From IMG/VR virus record IMGVR_UViG_3300037565_000164, positions 1 through 58,941 of that record: DNA of 58,941 bases. One strand, 5' to 3'. Shown here in pieces: positions 7,706 through 19,700 of the stretch. Under the pieces are notes generated by a model. The model saw nothing but the letters and a program-made list of their open reading frames with translations, was not told the origin of the DNA and did no database searches. The first letter of the stretch is position 1, and each line of letters begins with the position of its first letter. The stretch comes from a virus (lineage: Duplodnaviria; Caudoviricetes). The position numbers and the translations under genes were made by a program.

Positions 7706-10700
7706 TCAGTAAAGGTGCTCCGGCATCAATTCGCGCAGATAGTGATTGAGCTCCGGATCTGGGATCAGCACGCCATCCTGACGCTTGGCCGCATTGCGCG
7801 CCCGCGACTTGAGCGACTGGGTCAGCGAGTCGCCGGTGATCGGCACCATGCGGGCATATGGCTTGCGGTTCCACGCCTTGATGGCCTCGATCGCGGCGCG
7901 GCGCGCATCGGGATCACCCAGGGCCACGGCCAGCGCAAACTGGTTCATCAGGGCGCGCCGTTCGTCGAGCACTTTCTGCTCGGCGTCCTTGAGCGCACCC
8001 ATGCGTTCATAGGTTTCCGCCACCTTGGCCGGGGTGAACCCGATCGCCTCGATGAGCACATCCAGCGCGTTGACCTGACTGCGATCGAGCGTCACGTCGC
8101 CGCGGCGCGTCAACACACCCTCGCTCGCATAGCGATAGGCCTGCATCAGATCCTTGAGCGCCTTGGGCAACACCATTTCGGCACCACGCACCACGTTGCC
8201 CGACATCGCCAGGCCGACGCCGTCGACAACGTTGAGCATGGTCGAAGGCACAACGCCCATGGCGCCGACGATCAGCTCCTGGAACCAGTCGCGGCCCTCC
8301 GCGCCGCCGTCCGGCGCCCGCACGAAGAAGTCAGGCATGCCAAGCCGGGTGGTCAGGTCGATGCCGGTCAGGTGGCCCGGCGCCCCGTTGAGCACGATAC
8401 CGCCCAGATCCTTGCCCAGCAGGTCGATGATATGTCCCTCAAATTCATCCTTGAAACCGCGCGGGTCATCGTCGTCATCGAAGGCCAGGCCGAGAATGGC
8501 CATCAGCACATTGTAGCCGAAGAACCCCGATGCGCCGGCAAACAGACCCGTCATGCCCATAACGCCGGCCAGTTGGTACCGAGCCTCCTTGCGGGCCTGC
8601 GCCGTCTCGCCCTTGAACGATTGGTGGATGTCGCGGAACAGCCGATACCACATATTGAGCTGGTGGCTTTGGAAGGTCAGCACAACCTTGGCGAAATCGC
8701 CCTGCATCAGCCGCGCCCGCGACGCGTTGGAATAGTCGAAGTGGCTCATCCAGGTCAGCTCATGGGCGATATCCACGGCCTTTGTCTGGTGGTGCCCCTG
8801 CTCCCGCGCCAGGCGGTAGGCCGCCAGCGCCGTGACTTCGCGGTTCCACACCTCAACATTGTGGTACGCCCACGAAATCACCGACATCACCTTCTGCCGA
8901 ACCGGCGAGTAGGCAACGCCCACCTCGCCGACCCCGGCCAGGTCATGGGCCTGCGTGCGATCGATCATGCCGCTCGAATAGAACTGGGTCATTGCCCACT
9001 GTTCATCCTCGGTCAGCTTGGCGTTGACGGCGCTGCCCTTGCCGCGCATCACGTCGGCACTGGCCCGGCCGATCGCAGCCGCCGCCTTGTGCAGACCGCC
9101 CAGCCGCGCGCCGAGAATTGGCATGGCCATCATTGGGGTCTGCGCCATGTTGATCAGCGCCGCCGCCGGCGATGCGGCCAGATACCAGACGAACATCGAC
9201 GAGGTGACCGCCTGCACGGCCCGCGAGCCGGTCGGGTTCATCACCCAATCATGCCGCTTTTTGAGCTCGTTGGCCAATTGCATGCCCCGCACCGGGTCAT
9301 CAGCCTTCTTGGCCTGATCCACCGCTTGGTTGGTCAGCTCGGACAGCTCCAGACCATATTTGAGCCGCGCCATCTGGTGGGCGGCGTGGAACTGGTTACT
9401 GGCAAAGGTGCGCAGCGCATCGCCATCGAAGCCCGCCACGCCCTTGCGGTGGATGAAGCGCTTGCGGGCGCTCAGATCCGGCATGGTTTCGAGGTAGCGC
9501 TGCCAGATCATGTCCATGACGCGTGGATCGACGCTGGCGTCGCCGAGCAGCGTTTCGATTTCAGCGACGATGCGCGGGTCCATCATGTCGCGCGCCGAGG
9601 ACTTATCGGCCATCAATCCGCTTTCCACCTGGTGGTTCGGATAGGCGCCCTTCATGTCACGCTCGAGCTTGCGGCGCTCGGTATCGCTTTCCCGGCGGGA
9701 GAAGCTGAGCACATTGCCCTCGATGTCGCGCACCGTGACGAAATACTGACCAAAGCGGGCCAGCGGGAAATAGGGCGCGGGCACCTTGCTGGCCTCGAAG
9801 GCCATGCGCAACTTGGTCATGCGCGCCTTCATGTTGTACGTCGCCTTGCCCATCTCCTGCGAATAGGTGCGCTGCGCTTCGGCCTCGGCGCGGCTCTTGT
9901 CGAGCTTGGACATTTTCGACCGGGCGATTTCATCCAGCCGCTCCCGATATTTATCCTCGGCGCGGCGGAACGCGATTTCCTGCGTCTTTCGCACATTGTC
10001 GAGCAGGATCATGTCGAGCTCGTCGGCCTGATCGCGATAGGTGTTGCGCACCTTGCGGTAGAGCTCCTGACCGGACCGGGGCAGCGCGAGATACCGCGCC
10101 CGCAGCGCGTCATAGCCCGGCTTGCTGCTGGTTTCCTCGTCGGTCAATGACGGATCAATGCCAGCCAGGGTGGTTTCGTGCATCAGGTCGGCCAGCGCTG
10201 CAGCACGGGCGCGGCCGGTCTTGTCCGCACCAGCCAGCCCAAGCCGGGCGTATTTGCGCCAGTCCTGGGCCACCGCATCAACCTCGGCATGCTTGCCGCC
10301 GCGATAGGCGTCCATCTGCCGCTTGACCTTCATGTACTGGTCCACGGCGACCATGCCGGGCCGCTTGAGCTCGGTGAAATAGTTGAGCGGCACTGCCGCC
10401 AGCGCGGCGGGCTTGAGGTCGGTAAGCTTGCCCGCAACCGCATCGATGATGCTCTGCTTGTCGATCTTGGCGGCCGCCGCAGTGGTGCGGGCCGCGATCG
10501 ACCGGCGCCGCGATGCCATGGCCGGACGCGGGCCACCATCGGGCGCTGCCGCCGACAATGCGGCTTTGGCAATGGCCTTGAGCTGAGCCGGTGTCACCGC
10601 GCCCAACTGGCGGCCAAAGCGGCGCAGCGCCCAGGCCTTGATCGCGCCCAACAGATCATCAACCCATTTGGACAGTGCGGCCGGCGCCGAGGCCTGTTCC

Positions 10701-13700
10701 TCGATCGCATAGGCGGCAAACTCTTCCACCCGCAGCCCCTCGCCCAGCGCGCCGGCTACCGCCTCGGCCTGACTGACGCGGGCCCGGGCTGCGTCGAAGA
10801 AATCGCGCGCCTTCCCCTTTGACTGTTCGAACTGCCGATACAGCCCGGCAAGGCGCAGCATCAGGCTGCCCCATTCCTTGCCGCCCAACAGGTCATGCGC
10901 CCCGCTATGAAACGCCTCATGCAGCAACACGGCGACCGGATCGTCGCCGATCTGGTCGGCCACCAGCGTGATGGAACCGTCCGGGTCAGTCCAGGCCTGC
11001 ACCCCCTCGCCTGCATCAGATGTTTCGATGATGGTGAGGCGGCCAGCGGCTTCCAGCGCTTCGGCCAGATTGCCCATTCCGCCACGACGCAGTGCCGCCC
11101 GGACTGCCTCGATGCTCTGTCGGCCGGATCTGCCGACAGAGTGCTTGCGCCCTTCGGGTGTTTCGGCCTTCTCCACCACTTCGGGCGCAGCAAACTCGCG
11201 CTCCTCATACAGCGCCATGCCCTGGGCGTCACGGACCTCGGCATAGGGCATCTCGATGACGCCTTCATCGCCCGAGGCTAGCACAAACCACCCTTCACTG
11301 TTCCAGCGATGCCCGGAAACGATGTGGTTTGACCCATTCCACTGCACTTCGGTATCGATCGGCGCGCCCGATCGCAGCCAGGCCGGCGGTGGGACCGGGT
11401 TCTCGGCCAGGTCCTTCTCCAGCGCGATCAACTCGTTTTCGGCGCGGTCGAGATCCTTGGCCTGATGGAACGGCTCTTGGGCCTGCGCGCGCAGCCGGGC
11501 CGATGACCGCTCGGCATCGGCAATCTGCGGGCCCATGTCGGTGAGCTCCGCACTGTAATTGCGCAGCCGCGCCTCAAGCGAGGCAATTGTTCCCAGATTA
11601 CCCGCGATCGCCTCACCGTCGATGACAAGGGTAAGTCTGGGGGTGTCGGACAGTCGCGCCCAGCGCACTTCCAGCGGGTGCCCGCCAAAAACGCCCACAT
11701 GGCGGGGGTCCATGCCGGGGCCAACGCCCTTGCCGTTCTCGATCAGCTCTTCCAGCGCGTCTCTGGCGTCGGACCGCTTGTCGAACCGCTGGCCCTCGAT
11801 GGTCATGGCAAAGCCATCGCCCGTCATGGTTTTGGACAGCTCAGCGACCTTTTCCGCCACCGGTGCCAGGCGCCGCTGGTCCGCGCGCCGCTCCTCAACC
11901 CACTTGTCCAGTTTTTCTGCCGACCGGCGGGCATCGACGATCCCGGTGTCGTGCAGGCGCCGCTTCTTGTTGAGCTGGTCGATCTTCTTGCGCAGCTTTT
12001 CGCGGATCAGCACGCGGGGATCGCCCGCCGCCTCCGCGAACGTGGTCAGGATATCGCTCTCTTCGTCCGATGCCGCATCGCCTTCGATCACGCGCGTTGT
12101 GTCGTCGGCCTTGAGGAAGGCGTTGATGAAGCGCTGCTTGATCGCCAGCACCTGCCAGCGCCGCCCGTCGATGCGGTCGGTGAGATAGCGGTATTCGAGC
12201 ACCGTGTTCCACTGATTGCCCTGCCGCATGCCACGGCCGTTGCGCTGCTCCAGATCGCCGGGCATCCACGGGGCGTCCATATGGTGCATGGCGCGCAAAT
12301 TGCGCTGCATGTTGACGCCCACACCCAGGGATTGGGTCGAGCCGATTACGACGCGGATTTCGGCCCGGTTCATGGCGTCGGCCACTTCCTTGCGCTTTTC
12401 CTTGCTGGTGGAGCCATCCACAACGGCGATCTGGTCGCGCGGAATGCCGTCCTGCACCAGGCGCTCGACGATGTCGCCCACGGTCGAGAACACCTTGAAC
12501 CGCTGCTGGGTCTTGGCGCCAACTTCGCCCACGGAGCGCGTGCCAGTGGTCGAAATCCCGGCATTGGTGAAAATGACCTGGGTGGCCTGCTTATGGCTGC
12601 GATAGATTTCGAGCACGTTGCGCACCACGCGGGATGCCTTGGAATTGGGCTCGTCATCGGCGCGACCCTCTTGCCCGGCCAGCGCCTCGCCATCCATCAG
12701 GCGCACGTCGAAACTGGCTTTGGCGGCGAGCCCTTCGGTGACGATCGGCGATTCCGGCCCGCCCTGCTGCATGACCTCGCGCTTTTCCTTGCCGGTCATC
12801 TTGCGCCAGCGCTGCGCATAGCCCTGAATTTTGGCGAAGGCGTCCTGTTGCGCCGGCGTCAGGTCGGCGGTTTCAACAATCACCTTCTTGTACGGGCGGT
12901 CCTTGGCATCCTCGGTGCGGCCGTTGAGCAGTTCGGCGCGCTCCTTCTCGGTCAGGCTGGCATCACTCAACACCTTGCCCGATTTGGTGCGCCGGGGCTG
13001 CATTTCCGGCATGTCGTCGGCGAACACCACGTCCATGTACTGGCCGATCATGCGGCGCAGCTCGGGCACGTTGATGAAACCGGCAAGGCGGTTCACGGCC
13101 TCGTATTCGGCCGCCGCATTGAGCTCGACGTCCTGGACTTCGCGGGCGAACGAGCCAAACCAGCCATCCCACTGATCGACGCCCACCTCGCCCATTTCCT
13201 CGGCCATGATGTAGCGCATGGCGTGGAACACTTCGGTCAGCGTGTTGGTCACTGGTGTGCCGGTAAACAGGTGGACATTGCCCCCGTTCTGCTGCCCCCG
13301 GATGTAGCGCAGCAGGAAACTCAGCGCGATCGAGCGATCCGAGCTCTGCGTATTGAGCCCCTTGATGCGCATGCGCGTCGAGAAGGGCGGCTTCTTGAAC
13401 TCGTGCACCTCGTCGACCAGAACCATGTCGACGCCCAGATCCTCGAAGGACACCGCGCCGTCCTTGCTGGCCCGCTGCCCCTGCTTCTTGATCGTCTCGA
13501 TGATGCGGTTGCGCATCTTGACCAGATCCTTGGCCGTCGGCGAGCGCAGCTTTTTCAACTGCTCGTCGTCGTCGAGCATGGCGTCAGTCAACTTGGCGCC
13601 GTCATCCTCGGCTGCGGCATAGGCCTCCGCCTCGATCGCGGCAATCTCCTCGGCGGCCAGCGCCATCAAGGTTTCTTCGGTCAGGGCGAACCGGCTGATC

Positions 13701-16700
13701 AGCGAATGGGGCACCACGACCGCATCCCAGTCGTCATTGGCGATCTGACGCATTTTCACGTCAATCTGCGCCGGGGCCAGATTGTCTATATAGAGCACCT
13801 TGGACGCCGGGTACATCTGCTGGATCTCGGCGGCCACCGACGCGCTGTTGGCGTTGTGGGCAAAGATCAGCGGTTTCCTGGCGATGCCGTAGCGGCGCGA
13901 CTCCACGGCAAGACCGCCCATGGTGAAGGTCTTGCCCGTGCCCACCTCATGGGCATTGAGCGAGCGCCGCATGACAAGGCCGCGCCAGATGGCATTGGCT
14001 TGATGTTCGCGCAGATCGAAAGGGCCCTTGCCCAGGCTGAGCGCCATGCCCTCGAAACTGAGGAACGACCCGTCAAAGCTTGGGCTCGCGTAGGCATTGC
14101 GGACCTCGTTATATTCCGCCTCCAGCGCTACCCGCCGGTCCAGATCCGACCACAGCCACTCTCCGAAGCTGGACCGGATATTGGCAATCTTCTCATTGGC
14201 CTCGGACGTCGCCTGTTCATCGACGAAGACATTGCCCTCGTGATCCTCCTTGCGGATTGTCACGGTCTGGTTGGAAATCGCGGCATTGACCAGTTTCTGG
14301 AACGAATAGACCGGCGTGCCGAAGCCCGCACTAGCCTCCGGTCGCGATTTGAGCGCGTTGTCGATCGAGATACGCCAGCGCCCGGCCGTGTAGTGCACTT
14401 GCACGCCGGCGCTGTCGCCATTGAGCATGTGGGCGACATAGTCGGCATAGGTGCGGGTCGGCACCCATGACGCGCCCATCTGCACCTCGATCGCATAGTA
14501 GGGCACATCGGCCGGCATGACCTTGGCCAGCGCATCAATGTTGCGCTGCATGTTGGCGTCGCCGGCGTCGCGCGCGGCCAGCGCCTGGCGCATCTTTTCG
14601 CGCACATTGCCGGACAGGTAGATGTCGGCCGGGACGATGTCGCCGCCGGGCAGCTCGAACACGGCGCCCTTTTCGATCAGCTCGGCCTTGACCTCAGCGG
14701 CGGGCTTTTGCGCAATCTCGGCAATCTGCTCAAGGCTGGGGTTGATGGCGCTGTTGCGGGCCAGCACAAACGCGTCCGACACGGTCGGCTTGTCGATCTT
14801 GCGGGCGGCGCGGACCGTGCTCTGCGACAGGATCGTGGCCTGGCGCACACCCTTGCCGTCACGCACTTCCAGCGCGGCCAGCGCCGGATAGAACGGATCG
14901 TCGATCTTGGACAGATAGCCCAGGCCATAACTATCCGACAGAGTGCCATGGGCCGCGACAAAGCCATCGTACTGCGCCTTGAGGGCCTTGCGGGCGGGTT
15001 CGGGATTGTCGTCGGCATTGCGTTCGGCGGCAATGAGCGCGGCATAGGCCTTGCGCATGTCGATCAGGGCTTCGAGCTGGGCCACGCGGCTGGCAGTGAC
15101 CTTGGCGTCCTTGACCTCGTACTTGGCGACATCGGCGGCCGGCGCCAGATGCTCGCCGCGCACGATGAACAGACCCTTGTCAGACTTGACCAGCGCCCCC
15201 TCGCGATCATCGGTGTGGTTGGTGATGTAGGAAATCTGTTTCCCGGCCCGGCTGTCGGCCTGATAGGCCTCTTCTGGCACCAGCGCGGTGATGCGCTTCA
15301 TTTGCGCCATCATGTCATCAGGGCGCGTCACGATCAGGCCGGGGCGCCGGAACGTGGTGCCGGAGCCGAATTCGATCTGCCCCACCACATGGCTTGGATT
15401 GGCCAGATAGTATTCGTTGACCGACACCTCTTCGCCCTGCGGGGTCATATAGGGAACAGACTTGATCCACCCTGTGCCGGCCGAATTGCCCAGCGCCTCG
15501 GCCCGCTTGCGCAGCACGATGATGTCGGTGACGACATTCGTGCCCGCATAGTCCTGGAACGCTCCGGAAGGCAGCCGGAAGGCAGCGACCAGCTCGGCCT
15601 TCTTGGCCAGTTCACTGCGAATGCCGCTGTCCTTCTTGTCGAGCGTGCCCTTGGACGTGATGCCCATGACCAGGCCACCCGGGCGCACCTGGTCCAGCGC
15701 CTTGAGATAGAAATAGTCGTGCAGGAAGGGCGAGAGACGGTTGTACCGCCGATCGGCGATAACAGTGTCCTCGAACGGCCAGTTGCCGATCACCAGGTCA
15801 TAGAAATTGTCCGGCGTCTTGCTGTCCTGATAGCCCATCACGGAGATGTTGGCGTCAGGATAGAGCAACTGGGCCATGGCGCCCGTGGTGGGGTCGAGCT
15901 CGATGCCGGTCAGGGTGGAGCGGTCCTTGAGCGCACGCGGCATCATGCCGAAGAAATTGCCGATGCCCATGGATGGCTCCAGCACGCGGCCGCCAGTAAA
16001 GCCCATGCGCTCGACCATGTCCCACATGGCCAGAACGGTCGGCGGGTCGGTGTAATGCGCATTGGTGATGGAGCGCTGCAGCCCTTCCCAATCAGCCTGG
16101 CCCAGATTGTCGCGCAACCATGCGTCCCGCGCTTCCCATCCGGCCTTTGGCCGCGGCGTGCTCCATGTGCCCTGGAACAGATCTTGCCCGAAAGAGCCCC
16201 AGCCAGTGTACCCGGCCAGAATGGTCTGCTCTTCGCGTGTCGCTTGTCGGCCTTCCTCGCGTAGCGTGTTGGCGAGCTCGATCGCAGCCTTGTTCTTCTC
16301 GAACCGGGCCACCTGCCCCCCGCCAACAATGGCCAGCGGGTCATCTATATGGAAATTGCCGGGGCCTTGATTGGCCGGGCTGACGCTTTCGGGCGACTTG
16401 ACCGTGACTAGGTCAGTACCGGTTCCGCCAGTTCGCTCTCCGGCTCCAGCATCAGATGGTTGCGCTCGGCCTGCTCGCGCGCGTCCGTCGCCGGCATCCC
16501 CGAAGAGATCAGACTGTCCCGCTCCGCCCACATCCGCTGTTGCACCACTCGAGCCAGCAGGCCGCCCGCGCCCGCCTGCCGCAGGCGCTTCCACATCTGA
16601 GGGCTGTCGGTCCGCCAGGCGTTCAGAATCCGCTCGTGCAGCGTCTGGTTGTGGACGAAGTGCGGCGCCGCCTGCATCTGGGCCCACTCGGTTTCCAGAC

Positions 16701-19700
16701 TGGCTTTCCAGCTCTGGCTGAACGGTGCCTGGGTCATTGCCGTTCTCCACGGGTTCGAGGGCTGGCCGGGCAATCTCGGCCTTGAGCTCCGTTATAACAC
16801 GCTGTTTCTCGTCTGCCGAGAGGGGCTTGTCACCGCGCGCCGCCAGCCGGTCGGCCGCACGTCCCATCAGTGCCGCCAGATCCGCCGCCGCCAGATCGAC
16901 TGGCGCCCACTGATTGGTCGCCCGGGTCGCGTAACGGTCGGTATCAAGCCCGACGCGGAACATGATCGACACGCCGCTCTGGGTGCTGGGCACCATGCCG
17001 CGCAAGGCCGAACCGGTGATATGGGCATAGATCCTGATGCCGGTGTCAGGGTTCCACACCGTCATGGAAACATCGCCGGATGTCGCCGGGCCGCTTTCGC
17101 TCTTGCTCACCGGCTTGCTGGGACGGCCACGCGCGTCGTCGCTGGGCGCGTAGCCCTGTTCCTTGAGTACGCCGGCGACGGCATTGAGATAAGCCGTCGC
17201 GTCGCGCAGGAAATTGTCTTTCACCCCGCCCTTGACGCCGAAATCGGTTTCCTGCCCCTCGCCGTCATAGCTCCAGCCATCGATGCTATCGACACCGAAG
17301 TCCTGGATCAGGGTCCGGTCGCCGGCGCGGCCGGTTTTCTTGGCGCGCTTTTTGGGTGGCGCCAGCTCCTGCCCCAGCGCCGCCGCTTCCTCGCGCGGCA
17401 ATTCGGTGACTAACGCCTTGTGCAGCCGGGTGGCCTCGTCGGTGGGGGTCATGCCCTCGGTGTCGAGCCCTGGATAATTGCGCGCACCTTCCCAGAAGGA
17501 CAGCAGATATGGCTTGATGCGATCGCCGAAGTCGGCCGTCATCTGCGCGGCATAATCGGAGAAGTCGCGCACACCGGCCTCGATATAGGCCCCGGCAATG
17601 GTCATGCCGTCGACCAGAACCTCCGGGTCAATGCCGGAATTGAGCTGACCCATTTTCGACTTGAGCCGCGCCTTGGCCGCCGCAACCTTGTCGGCCGTGA
17701 ACAGCTTGTTCTTGGCAAAGGGGTCAGGGGTCGGCTTGCCCTCCGGTTCGGCGGGCGCCACGGCGGCCTCGTCTGGTTCTTGCGCCTTGGCCGGCGGCGC
17801 AGACGTCCGCTCTTTCGGGGCGGCGCGCAACTGCGACGCTGCGATGGTCACATCATGCGTGCCACCGTCTCGGGCGCCATCTACTTCGACCTCAAGCAAC
17901 CCCATCGGTTTGAAGCCGCGGAACTGCTTCTTTTTCACACGGCCCGTGAATACGCGCGGGGGATCAAAATTGCCGTTGGTGTATTCGACACGGTCACCGG
18001 CCTTGAATGCCTTGGCAGCTTCTCTGTCGGTGTCATAGGAAGGATCGTCCCACAATGCCGCGTCTGGGGCCGAACTGTCGGTGCTCGACTGCCCCCGTGA
18101 GCCAACGGCGCCGGCTTCCGGCGCCTTTGCGGTGTGCACCGCCTCAACCGCATTGCGCAACAGAGTCACCAGGTCGCCGCCCTGGAAGGTCTTGCGCACC
18201 GGTTCCTTGCCATCGGCCGAGGGCATCAGCACTTCAAGCTTTCTGCCACGCGCCTGGAATGAGGTGCGATCGCCACCACTGCCGGCCATGTGCTGACCGA
18301 CATGCTTGTCGAAGGCGTCCAGGATCTCGGAGCCCTTGGCATCCACGGCCACCAGCGCGCTGATCGGGTCCAGCGCCCGGTTGCGCCGCAGCATATTGGC
18401 GACGTCACGGTAGAGCTCTTCTCGCGCAAATGGCTTGGCGGCCTGGTCAGTGCCGGTCAGTTCGCGCCGCGTCTTCTCCGACGACGCCTCGGGCGCGACT
18501 GTGTTTGGGCTGAACGGCTTGGTGGTGTCACCATCCTTGAGCCATGACTTGAAGCTACCCAGCGTGGCGATGCCAACGGAGCCGAGCCCCTTCCACCCCT
18601 TGGTGTAGTTTTCCATATAGGCCGCTTCGGCTTCGCTCTGGCTCTTAAAGCCCAGCATCACCTTGTGCTCGTCGAATTGGCCAGCCTCGTTGACCTGGTT
18701 CACGACGGTCACCATGGCCGTGTCGTCCAGCGCCTCAGTGCCGGGTTTGACGAAGACGTCGATATGGTCCTTGTCCTTGCCGACGGTACCCCGGATATAG
18801 CCATAGTGGCTCTTCATCGTCACCGACCACGGCTTGCCGGTCTTGTCCTGGCCCTTGCGTTCGGACCCGGCCGGGTTCTCGATGCTCAGATCCAGCCCGC
18901 CAATACGGTGGTGGCCGAGCTTGTAGTTGCCAGCTTCCTTCTGGGCTTCGCTGGGTTCTGGCCGATCATTGGCAGGCGACGTCGCAGCCTCGTCGGCGGC
19001 GTCATCCAGCGCGGCGCGATTGGCCCGCGCGCGTTCCACGGCGCGATCGGCAACAAAGTCGGCCTCGTCAGGGAAATTGGTTTCCGATGCAAGGTTCGAC
19101 GCGATGCGGCGGATATTGGCCTCGTCGTCGGCTGTAAGCGGGTCCGTGCCATTTTCCAGCGCGGACAACTGACTTTCCTGCCCCTCGCGCCAGCGCGTGT
19201 AGTCTGCCTGGCTGTCGTCCGGCTCGGGATCTGGCAGACCGCTATCCAGTGCCTGTGACCGCGCACGGGCCTTATCTAGCCCCTCCATCTCTGCGCGAAG
19301 CGGGGCCAGCTTAGCCTTGATCTGCTTGGAGAATTTATCCCATGTGGACTTTTCCGACCGCTTGACCTTGGCGGCCGCCAGCAGGGCTTTGCGCGCGCCT
19401 GGCTGCAATCCATCCCACCACGCGGCATCTGCATCACCATCAGGAGCAAGCGTTTCAGCCTCGGTTTCGGACGCTGCCGTTTCGGTGGTGCGCCATCGGG
19501 CCAACACTTCCGGGTTGACCGCGTGCATCTTGCTGACTGCCTCGGCCGTACCCTTACGGGCGGCGCGCTCAACGCGATAGCGATAGTCGTCGGCAACCTC
19601 TGCCAGTCCCTCGGGTGAAATGCCGAGCTCGGCGGCAAGCGCTTTGGCGACATCGGGCTTGAATGTGGTGGCTTGGATATCCAGCGCGGACTCGCCCATG

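Noticed and set aside
7619-16264. Long + strand ORFs (843, 930 and 518 aa)
   Set aside because: They are antisense shadows of the high-GC giant gene, with no motifs or RBS.
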